DNA of 64,000 nucleotides from a virus (lineage: Duplodnaviria; Caudoviricetes): the IMG/VR virus record IMGVR_UViG_3300032227_000993. One strand, written 5' to 3'. Below, piece after piece: positions 59,001 to 64,000 of the stretch; position 1 is the first letter of the stretch; each line of letters begins with the position of its first letter. The notes below the pieces were generated by a model. That model ran no database searches, had not been told where the DNA came from, and worked only from the letters and a program-made list of their open reading frames with translations. The position numbers and the translations under genes are program-made.

Positions 59001-61796
59001 GAATGGTTCAATAACTATTTGCTGAGTGTTCAAGGAGCCACAGTAGTCAGCGGCGGTGACGGATACACTATTGCTCCTATTGTTGAAGTAACTGGTAATT
59101 GTGTTGTTCCGGCTGTGATGACAGCAACAATCAATAGTGTTGGTCGTGTGATTGCTATTAATATTGTGTCTCCGGGATCAGGCTATTCATCTACTGCAAC
59201 TATTACAATCTCCGGCGGAAACTTGCCAGCTGATCCAACACCTTGGGCCGCTGGATTAAATGTATCATCATCAGCATACATTATTTCCTTATCAAACAGC
59301 ATATATGAAGTGGCCACCGGTGGTACTTTAGGAAATGTATCTCCAACTGGCACAGTTGATCAAGTCAACGGCAATGTTGCGCTGGTGTACATGGGAACAG
59401 TGGCAGTTGCTACAGCACAAATGGGTAACCCACTGGTGCGCTCAATTAAAACCACAATCAAGTATGACCGTTACCAATACAGTTCAACTATTGTTCCGTG
59501 GGTATCCGGCGACACATACGCTACAGGAACTCAAGTTCGTTATGACGCCAAAGTATGGGAAGCACTCACTACAGTTTCTAACACTATATTTGATCCAGAT
59601 CAGTGGGATTTAGTTAATGCATCCAGCCTCAGCGGCGCTGATCGTACCATGGGTATGTACGAGCCAACTCCTAATCAGCCTGGCTTGAGCTGGCCACTGT
59701 TGGTTGATGGAGTTGATTATCCAGGTGTACAAGTAGCCGGAGTAGCATTTGATTTAGATCCAGGATTTGATCGTGCTCCGTTTGATACCACTCCTTTTGA
59801 CAACAGCTTTACAGAACCAAGCGGTCGTGTTACATTTGACCCTGCTCTTCTTGACACGATCTACGCAAGTAATTACGCAGATACATTCTTAGGAACACGT
59901 CTATCTGATATCAATGTTGACGGTGGCGCATACGTAGATACCTATTCAAGTCACGCACCAGAAGAATTAGTTCCTGGAGCAATGTTTGATACCTTGGACA
60001 TTCGTGTTTACACCACCCCGGGTGCTGACTGGGCAGGAAACGGACATGGATTCCCAGCTGCCTCACAACGTTTTACCTACACAACAACAGCTCCTACTTA
60101 CAATTTTGCTGATATTTTACCCTATCCTGTTGTTATTGCTCTGACTAATCAAACTGCCAAAGCAGGACTAAATGAGGGTACAGATTACACCATTGATTGG
60201 GAAAATTTAACAGTTACAATTATTGACAATGTAGCCAATGGCTCTACTATCAGTATTACTGTTTATGAATTAGGCGGTGGAAATCAATTGTACAAGAACA
60301 TCTACAATGGCGCAGATGTTGGAGATACTATTGTGGTACCACTGCAGTTTGCTTCAATTTACGAATTTGCTATTTTTGTCAACGGCGTACAAACTACTGA
60401 CTTTGTGTTCACAGACAACACCACAGTAACATATGGCACAACATTGATTACATTTGGAACAACCTACACCAACGCTGATTTTATTTCGTTAGTAGCAATT
60501 GGACCCACTACCATTGATGGTGTTACCACAGATTATTCATGGAGTATTCCAGTAACACAATTAATTGAAGTTGATTTGATAGGACAGCTTACATTTGACT
60601 TGGACAATAGTTTAGATTACACAAATTCTGTTAATCCTGTAATTACGGTCAACGGAGTCCGTGCTGTCACTGCCGGCGGCATAGAATATGTAAGTGACGG
60701 AACAACTACGTCTTATCTAGTGGCCCAGCGTTTAGGATTTGATCAAATTGAGGTAACTGATTCAACAGTATTTGTTTATTGTGATAATATTTTACAAACT
60801 GCTGGCTATTTTGTTAACCCATCATCCGCTGGCGCCACTGTTCAATTCACCACAGTTCCTGCAGCTGGTGTTTTAATTTACATCGCTGTAACAACTAATG
60901 TACAAGCTGTAATAGATACTACCACAGCCACAGTATCATTTAATCCTACAGGCGGTTTGATTCCTAGCCTAGGTGATATCATTGCTGTAACTACATTTAA
61001 TGATGTTCGTGAACAGGGCTTGGCAACCAAAGTATTTGTTGGGCCAGTGAGTGACGGTGGAGTTATTTTAGTTGAAGGATACGACACTACATTATTTGAT
61101 GCGGCCACGGTCAATTTCACTCCTGGATCATACAACTATACTGTTGGTGTTGAGTCTTTGGAAAATGCCCTGTATTTAAATCGTCATATTACTGAAACAA
61201 ATCGTATTTTGGTAACATTAAATGGCCAAATTCTAACACCAGACATAAACTACACATTGTACAATGGCCCACTTGCTGATGACCCAGCCTATGGAACAGA
61301 ACTTATTTTAAATTCTGGCATATTGCAAGTAACTGATGTAGTGATGGTTACATTACTTACTGAATCTGTTGTGCCAGAAGCCATGGCATTCCGTATTTTC
61401 CAAGATATGCGTGGCGTACAGTTGACATATCGTATTACTCCATCAACAACTACTACAGTGGCGCAGGCAGTTTCACCTACTGATGACATTATCTATGTGG
61501 TCAATGCTAGTAACCTAAGCCAACCAAATTTTGCTGCTAACTTGTGGGGCGTGGTAACCATTGATGGCGAGCGTATTATGTATCGCGAGCGTGATACTAC
61601 AGCCAATACTATCAGCAGCCTGATCCGTGGCACAGCAGGTACAGGAGCGGATAGTCATGCAGTTGGTGCCAGTGCCTATGACATGGGTCGCGGCAACGCA
61701 TTACCAATGGAATATCAAGACCACATTGTAAGTACTACAATATTAGCTGACGGCACTGAAACAGTATTCGTTGCTCCCAACATAAATTTAGATTGA
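47028..61796 (+). CDS. Giant (4,922 aa) baseplate wedge/fibre-attachment protein (gp7-like position)
   Basis: Uninterrupted ORF coupled to gp6; FG-GAP-like repeats (YGLSVA, FGAAVTIS, YGASLS, FGSSLSID); GxGY repeats; repeated DG-T--F...F---P--G modules. Confidence 0.8.
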   Translation: MIAKVRSVDFLPEIFQTPVNKQFLSATLDQLIQEPQFTTTQGYIGQKVGPGVQPADYYVVESTKQRTDYQLEPGVISVNPTDGKISDAITYPGILDALSTQGAYTDNATRLFSSEYYSWDPFVDFDKLVNYSQYYWLPGGPLAVDVSATDIPATDDITVTRENGVYTFSGYAGSNPTITLLRNGSYNFIVAQNDSVAVDFRVQNNGSRYWIIDFENNPTLTLTRGNTYTFNLSVDGFYPFYIKTQPTFGTTNVYNDGVVNNGAAEGLITFTVPQDAPDTLYYVNPAEFNLRGTMNIVDAQPGTGPGFWIQAAPGISGRLPWSPNISSRDVLGVLNNGTDLGTVTFNVPDALAQSFYTSMPYINYPTPGVGKVDLIVNDLLFNQINAISVDQFLKNNPNGIDGITNLNNRTLVFTTQTTDPDSGGWEIESGFDPLVRTTGQQVSKNIGFDVTGQPFDDLPYDTITTVITGVPDPQDGEIGSFDILPPNPTIPNPPAYSGFGGATPITDKEVQFSVWQIQYVNNADGVPFIQLNSILPVSDLTQFSISFGSEYVNTNWYKNSSGFFEQMPLLTATLDTVYYQDGTDPEIFGPINLIDGDVNASINILTDILGQKNYTSPNGVTFTNGLKVTFRGNVIPSSYQNETYYVYGVGSSITLTPVSVFITPEQSTQVISVGYDTTPYDSTGFDQSLNEPLVPNYMTINMASIDQNPWTRSNRWFHIDVIRQAAAYNQTAPLFINAQRARRPILEFRANTQLYNFGTEGIAPVNVIDFTETDALSNINGSTAYAVDGYQFQQDSLVVFAADTDPNVRNQVYQVNFIVVDPSTSTVPIIDLVPTSYSPVQANQNTVCLSGTTLKGVSYYYTGTEWIETQQKTKTNQPPLFDVYDAAGYSFGNTTQYPSTNFTGCKLFSYAEDTNNTVDPVLGIPLAFFSLNNIGDIEFSNNLYTDTFVYTPVSSGVTVDVSSGFVRQYSTRELYIREIGWQTAAIPSTQRQQFQFTYDGNPLQLDILVSSETIVTPIQIFINNEYQTPNTYAVTTNTTSNTTSIRLTGTGYVVGDIIEVLVLSDQTSAQAFYEVPINLENNPFNANSPFFTLGTIRGHYGTICENLIELRGPINGANNSRDLGDIVPYGTQIVQQSAPLTLAGYFLRSNEYNIFASIEYNSREYIKYKNKLLTTVANMDISTTMTVPEILDTALLQINASLTSSSPFYWSDMLPVGTNFTSNSTTITPISTQTFNTIQTYDFTSSNYLGLLVYLNGILLLRNTDYTVSVDAPKLTILVPLSVGDVVTIDEYPTTVGNWCPNTPTKMGLYSKYRPEIFLDETYTSPTLVIRGHDGSITVAFTDIRDEVLLEFEKRIYNNIKVDDNPIPLSTDQVTPNFFPAETTGLLPGFFRPTPYTFTEINTILSQSFLTWVGQNNLDYTQQDYQETDPFTYNYSQSGNRINEQLLLGNWRGIYRYFYDTETPNLTPWEMLGFSEMPAWWELRYGPAPYTSGNLVLWDDLRIGLVADPVAPYILSEYARPSLIMKGVISVAVINGGSGYTSPPVAVISAPPAGRDFIAAQLGTPVIQNGVIVSIPVINSGRGYETPPTISIIPAAGDTTGTGATITATIDTVVSILPVGSEGELLSPLESLIGFYDNLTFKKSWVAGDGGPVQASWWKSSSYPFAIMRMLALTKPAEFFALYADRDLYRYNTELGQFLYNDRYRLDANGVQVYGNGISKASYINWIVDYNRQLGINSTDTLTTALANLDVRLCYRIGGFSDPVYLAVYTERNGPGSTNNSLLIPPESYEILFYKNQPFDQLTYSALIIEQTQNENGVITYSVYGYSNMQPYFNVQVSSPVGLYETLEAGGLAVQVPIQYTQNVAQVPYGYSFTNAAGVCDFILGYGTYLESQGLIFDDRFNGYELNWKQMAKEFLYFAAQGWAPGTMINLNPVATTLKAVKPISIVDTIASLTPENMLLDQYRFVLEARNLVINRENNVFSITSTNGQTISFITLRYTNYEDMIVFDNTSQYNDLIYDPSTGARQTRLSFNAFVTTEWDGQLNAQGFITNLDNVKQWETYQKYTKGDIVLYKNTYWQALDIVQPSEEFNYNSWTKSDYQLIDRGLLPNLANKADQLANTYSIYDINLASDNDLFAFGLIGFRPRQYMSDLNLDSVTQVQLYQQFLGTKGTVRAAEIFSRADLGKESGEYQIYENWAVLAGTYGAQANKSFFELNLNEADLRSNPSTVQIINPGETSQADQAILLQNIWRESYKINSTDILPTVYESGNGFPSAGYVSLDDVDITVFDIKNPAAIAADIETIGIGTYIWIAKINPYNWGVYRTNKVPGQLSVISDNYDGTSIALFTTAHGLTTGDTIVIREFNLSVNGVYRVLSTPSITTITIAFAFVNTNQTSVSGTGIVYELQSARVSQASDIATLPYVNRLIPGEKVWVDDNGDGLWEVLEKQSPFTLSNTLISGLTATANYGLSVAQTVDSIAALVGAPGAASGTGLVYTYVRDINLDYIFNGVISLTATGTAGFGNIVFIGNQNWAAVGASLSNSGAGYVAVMYRVSGSSDFTITQLLVAPDLNFSNIGFGAAVTISDDERWMYISAPSINTVYAYQRIEVQSQTASYITNGLTNTFNYSNTIQIDPTNPNQLSVTLGRRTCILGIDYNINDSVVIFEYIPAAGQSLIVSRNLTSQLDATTYYDIHQNSTSGIGTGAVFVISNIRGTYSVALDNGGVAYAVGNTLTISYTQISPTGSAANNLTITVTSVDGVGGITEFTFAGSGVANTSVFALDTTLYTATTIETFSIVVNQEIQRPYIDYTFNETTTQVTFITVPPAGATIIANAGSYWQYLDTVNNPASTAGDNYGASLSTSTDGRLLVVGAPQAEADGIIEAGQVYTYDRSVTRYLVTDAAQLTYAIPTPVTQPIAVSVNGTFLLSTNQAVDGQYSVSGSNVLFTNITLNVGDNIEIETNQFTLLQSFNSSTPSYQATYGTAVDTCPQNCSFYVGAPLDSTYLAQSGSVDHLVNQSRVYGVTTSTIANPALTGGDNIRINDIALRIPDAPYNNVEGLAAAINTADIPNVIATATSNLEFVGDGITTAYDIGTLYSAAASYTTVVYISDSLQVEGVDYSYDPATQKIYFVVAPTAGTLIVIVSGRITISVQNQAAANPSAMLTVLPGNIGTAFDELGFNTFVFTQQILSPAPTVYGLFGSSLSIDSSAVNLVVGSPNGNVYEPMIFDNGNTYFDDRSTTFYNPIPNSGVAYTYDYFPSSKKSILTPGQFAFGQQIYNTKEQTGDSFAFSVNYTTGRLLVGALGDINNTAYGYSTVFRNYTNSPAWAQIRVQQPVVNVDQINSVFMYNRLLNSTQTYFDFIDPLQGKILGAARRNIDYIGAVDPAQYNTGPVHNNGNQWGSEHIGEMWWDTDTVRFIDPNQDDIVYASRKWASSFPGSRVDIYQWISSDVPPASYTGAGTPLGNASYTVGSVLGQNNVFQTIYYYWVRGLTTIAEGSGKTLSSSGISSYILDPRNSGIPYIAALNANTIALYNAAPYLSADTSIISIGFDRVLTSANIHQEYELIADGIADSFLNTNLHRKFLDSFCGVNAAGALVPDPNLPKGERYGVQFLPRQSMFVDRFAALQNYLGRANTILKQFPIVEMRSFSLLNAAEPVPQSTVIVDGTTVTVWNLEVANLEILAFQNLAAVPVGYKYLVLSDSSQDGRWTIYTVTESRTLMLSRVQSYDTPLYWYYTNWYLPGYNSSTAPKAAVQLFADLASLSYTVVPIGASARVINNGAGKYEIYLRTGLNPTTDWQRVGLEDGTIQFKEELWDYALGGFGFDSEVFDAQYFDEEPVVETRYILRALNEEIYVDELAIERNKALMLMFNFVYTEFTSPEWLTKTSLVDVNHKIRSLLPYQTYLQDNQNFVLQYFNEVKPYHVQVRQFNLIYSGDDTYQGDVTDYDVPAFYNRDLEIPQFVSPILTPYDLSQVSTPTNTFSNTEPDAQIWLETPWNEWFNNYLLSVQGATVVSGGDGYTIAPIVEVTGNCVVPAVMTATINSVGRVIAINIVSPGSGYSSTATITISGGNLPADPTPWAAGLNVSSSAYIISLSNSIYEVATGGTLGNVSPTGTVDQVNGNVALVYMGTVAVATAQMGNPLVRSIKTTIKYDRYQYSSTIVPWVSGDTYATGTQVRYDAKVWEALTTVSNTIFDPDQWDLVNASSLSGADRTMGMYEPTPNQPGLSWPLLVDGVDYPGVQVAGVAFDLDPGFDRAPFDTTPFDNSFTEPSGRVTFDPALLDTIYASNYADTFLGTRLSDINVDGGAYVDTYSSHAPEELVPGAMFDTLDIRVYTTPGADWAGNGHGFPAASQRFTYTTTAPTYNFADILPYPVVIALTNQTAKAGLNEGTDYTIDWENLTVTIIDNVANGSTISITVYELGGGNQLYKNIYNGADVGDTIVVPLQFASIYEFAIFVNGVQTTDFVFTDNTTVTYGTTLITFGTTYTNADFISLVAIGPTTIDGVTTDYSWSIPVTQLIEVDLIGQLTFDLDNSLDYTNSVNPVITVNGVRAVTAGGIEYVSDGTTTSYLVAQRLGFDQIEVTDSTVFVYCDNILQTAGYFVNPSSAGATVQFTTVPAAGVLIYIAVTTNVQAVIDTTTATVSFNPTGGLIPSLGDIIAVTTFNDVREQGLATKVFVGPVSDGGVILVEGYDTTLFDAATVNFTPGSYNYTVGVESLENALYLNRHITETNRILVTLNGQILTPDINYTLYNGPLADDPAYGTELILNSGILQVTDVVMVTLLTESVVPEAMAFRIFQDMRGVQLTYRITPSTTTTVAQAVSPTDDIIYVVNASNLSQPNFAANLWGVVTIDGERIMYRERDTTANTISSLIRGTAGTGADSHAVGASAYDMGRGNALPMEYQDHIVSTTILADGTETVFVAPNINLD

Positions 61797-61802
61797 TAAG
61801 AT

Positions 61803-63752
61803 ATGGCCGTTGAACTTCCACAACCATTTGACTCAACTGACTATGATTCTCCTACCGTAGGTAACGTGTTAGAGACATTGCCTGGGCAGTTTGATTTTAG
61901 CAACATTACTCTTACACCTACCACTGTGGCTAATGCTGTAATTGGCGTGGCCTACACACAGCAAATTACAATTTCTGGTGGCTTGGCGCCATACGGCAAC
62001 TTATTTGTTAGTGCTGGTAATTTACCTGCTAATTTGTCTTTGAGTTCTACAACCAATGATTTAGTTAATAATATTGCCAATGCCAATATTACTGGAATAC
62101 CTACTAACTATGGAAATATTACTTTTACAATCCAAGGCAATGATGTAATAGCCAACGTAAGTTTTCCTACTCAACAAACATACAATTTATTAGTAAATTA
62201 TCCTACCATCACAATATCTCCCGGCAGTTTGACCAACGCGGTTGTAGGGCAAAGTTACAGTCAAGCATTTACAGCCAGCGGTGGCACCGGCCCATACACT
62301 TACAGTAATGTAGGAAACTTACCGCCGTCATTGTCGTTAAGTGGTAGCGGCAGTTTAACTGGGAATATCACAACTACTACTACACCACAGAGTTTAACAA
62401 TACGAGCCACTGATAGTTATGGCAGTACAGGTAATGCCACTTACAGTTTAACCGTCACTCGCCCAACCATTACTATTGCTCCAAGCACATTATCAAATGC
62501 TACCACTGGATCAAGTTATTCTGCTAACATCACAGCCGCTGGCGGAACAGCCCCGTATTCATATGCTGTTACCGGAAATACTCTTCCTAACAATTTATCA
62601 TTAAATGCCAACACCGGAGTACTGTCGGGTGTTGTTATTGCTGATGGAATTGGTAATTTTTCTATTACAGCAACAGACTTTTACAGCACAACTGCCACTA
62701 ACAATTATTCGTTAACCACAGTTGATCCAACTATTTTAATTAGCCCATCGACAATATCAAACGGAGTAGTAGGAACAGCCTACACTCAAATATTTACATC
62801 CAGCGGTGGCACCGGCCCGTACACATATTCTGTAACCGGTGGGACACTACCGGCTAATTTGGTATTGGCTACCACGGGTAATTTGTCTGGTACGCCTAAT
62901 ACAGCTGCCACATCAAATTTTACAATTACCAGTACAGACACATTTAGTACAACAGGATCGTTTACTTACAGCAATGTTGTAATGACATCTCCAACTATCA
63001 GTTTGTCTCCAACTACATTTGCCAACGCCACAGCTGACTCACCATACTCAGCTAACGTTTTTGCTTTTGGCGGCATTGCTCCGTACACCTTTGCGGTTAC
63101 CAGCGGTACATTTCCACCTGGCTTAAACTTAAGTAATTCTGGAGCCATTACAGGAATACCAACTTCTGTTAGTACATTTAATTTTACTATCACAGCCAGC
63201 GACTTGTACAGTAGCACAGGCAATAGAAATTACAATATATTAGTAAATCCTCCAATAATAACAATTAGTCCGCTAACGATTCCTCAAGCGGTTGCCAATG
63301 TATCTTACACAGCAACCTTTACAGCCGCCGGCGGCACAGCACCCTACACTTACACCTCGGCTGAACTGCCGGCTGGTATGTCACTGGCATCCAGCACTGG
63401 TGTATTATCAGGCACACCGTTGGTCAATGGGTATCAACCATTTGTGGTTGTCGCCACAGACGATAACGGATATCCGGGCTCTCGGTTGTACAATTTTGTA
63501 GTTGCTCCCAATGTTCCATCATCTGCTATCCGAGTATTTGTAGGCGGAATTCTACAAACTTCTGGATACACCGTCACATCAAAATCTCCAGCAACTATCA
63601 CATTTGATGAACCACCGCCCGAAGGTGTAGATGTAACAATAGCAGTACTTCAGGGTGAAACTTGGTATCAACCCGGGCCTTATTCTGCGTCCGATGGTGT
63701 ACCGTTACAAGAGACAGAAACAACGGCCGCAAGGTTTTTGCGTGGCCTATAA
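61803..63752 (+). CDS. Virion protein with six putative-Ig (He_PIG-type) repeats
   Basis: Six I-ISP--L-NA--G--YS--FTASGGT-PY...LP-GL-L...G-LSGTP units. Confidence 0.8.
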   Translation: MAVELPQPFDSTDYDSPTVGNVLETLPGQFDFSNITLTPTTVANAVIGVAYTQQITISGGLAPYGNLFVSAGNLPANLSLSSTTNDLVNNIANANITGIPTNYGNITFTIQGNDVIANVSFPTQQTYNLLVNYPTITISPGSLTNAVVGQSYSQAFTASGGTGPYTYSNVGNLPPSLSLSGSGSLTGNITTTTTPQSLTIRATDSYGSTGNATYSLTVTRPTITIAPSTLSNATTGSSYSANITAAGGTAPYSYAVTGNTLPNNLSLNANTGVLSGVVIADGIGNFSITATDFYSTTATNNYSLTTVDPTILISPSTISNGVVGTAYTQIFTSSGGTGPYTYSVTGGTLPANLVLATTGNLSGTPNTAATSNFTITSTDTFSTTGSFTYSNVVMTSPTISLSPTTFANATADSPYSANVFAFGGIAPYTFAVTSGTFPPGLNLSNSGAITGIPTSVSTFNFTITASDLYSSTGNRNYNILVNPPIITISPLTIPQAVANVSYTATFTAAGGTAPYTYTSAELPAGMSLASSTGVLSGTPLVNGYQPFVVVATDDNGYPGSRLYNFVVAPNVPSSAIRVFVGGILQTSGYTVTSKSPATITFDEPPPEGVDVTIAVLQGETWYQPGPYSASDGVPLQETETTAARFLRGL

Positions 63753-63769
63753 CTATGGTAAATAAGAAT

Positions 63770-63916
63770 ATGAATGAAAATAACCAATTATCACAGCCTG
63801 TACCGGCTCCAAAGCCGGAAAAGCGCCCAGACGACACTGGCCGCGTTGGTGTAGAAGGGTTTGTTAAGATTTTTGATCCTAACAGCCGTAAAGTATTTGT
63901 GGAGCAGCAAGCATGA
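63770..63916 (+). CDS. 48-aa small protein
   Basis: MNENNQLSQPVPAPKPEKRPDDTGRVGVEGFVKIFDPNSRKVFVEQQA*. TAAATA (63759-63764) lies 5 nt upstream. Confidence 0.65.
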   Translation: MNENNQLSQPVPAPKPEKRPDDTGRVGVEGFVKIFDPNSRKVFVEQQA

Positions 63917-64000
63917 TTATCCAACCAGGTCTAGCTAAAATTGAAGGGTTTGTCAAAATTACTGACAGAAATTCTGGCGAAATTTTGGTAGACAAAAAGA
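63913..64000 (+). CDS. Virion structural protein (partial; runs off the right edge)
   Basis: ATGA overlap; MIIQPGLAKIEGFVKITDRNSGEILVDK shares EGFVKI-D-NS with the preceding small ORF. Confidence 0.55.
   Translation, partial: MIIQPGLAKIEGFVKITDRNSGEILVDKK

Noticed and set aside
61783-61802. Late promoter for the Ig-repeat gene
   Set aside because: The sequence reads TGATAAGATATG, which does not match TAA(A/C/G)TA; the gene is probably co-transcribed with the giant ORF.
1155-63924. Numerous short antisense or overlapping ORFs in the six-frame track (for example 3364-3807, 4885-5340, 8567-8995, 16874-17272)
   Set aside because: They lie opposite or inside well-supported genes, lack motifs or RBSs, and are explained as codon-bias shadows.
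1-64000. CRISPR or other spacer-repeat arrays, tRNA and rRNA genes
   Set aside because: No regularly spaced repeat-spacer series, cloverleaf or rRNA signature was seen by eye. A tRNAscan/CRT run would be needed to exclude them fully.
1-64000. Stop-codon reassignment (alternative genetic code)
   Set aside because: Core genes (gp23, gp20, gp46, gp47, gp6 and the giant ORF) are full length in the standard code, and TAA, TAG and TGA all end genes.

Overview
This window is from a large T4-like (myovirus-type) phage genome. Its head genes, gp55 and baseplate layout resemble distant T4-related jumbo phages; this is from recalled similarity and no database search was run. Left to right: (1) 1-10.3 kb, mostly minus strand: accessory virion/fibre genes, a TPR-glycosyltransferase, a compact PHP-less DnaE-like polymerase and an HNH-endonuclease cassette. 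(2) 10.3-16.4 kb: head module (capsid gp23, scaffold gp22, protease gp21, acidic core protein, portal gp20). (3) 16.4-20.6 kb: two tandem tape-measure paralogues with different cell-wall hydrolase domains. (4) 20.7-23.0 kb: gp26-like gene with a -1 slippery site, then a three-gene operon including an aminoacyl-transferase-like gene. (5) 23.0-23.9 kb: small GIY-YIG nuclease followed by an approximately 430-nt highly structured non-coding segment. (6) 23.9-35.2 kb: tightly coupled operon mixing gp47/gp46 with radical SAM, SDR, oxygenase-like and other enzymes, preceded by sigma factor gp55. (7) 35.3-64 kb, plus strand: baseplate/tail module with a 4,922-aa giant protein and an Ig-repeat protein. 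TAA(A/C/G)TA late promoters and intrinsic terminators are visible throughout. The best candidate for an undescribed system is the structured RNA behind the GIY-YIG gene: it shares a 16/17-nt motif (core AGGCATC) with the leader of the DnaE-like gene, whose operon is itself followed by a promoter-and-terminator-bounded small RNA. Other strong observations are the HNH cassette that left an orphan copy of the capsid C-terminus 2.2 kb downstream, the paired tape measures, and the predicted gp26-to-gp51-like frameshift. No CRISPR array, tRNA or rRNA was recognised.
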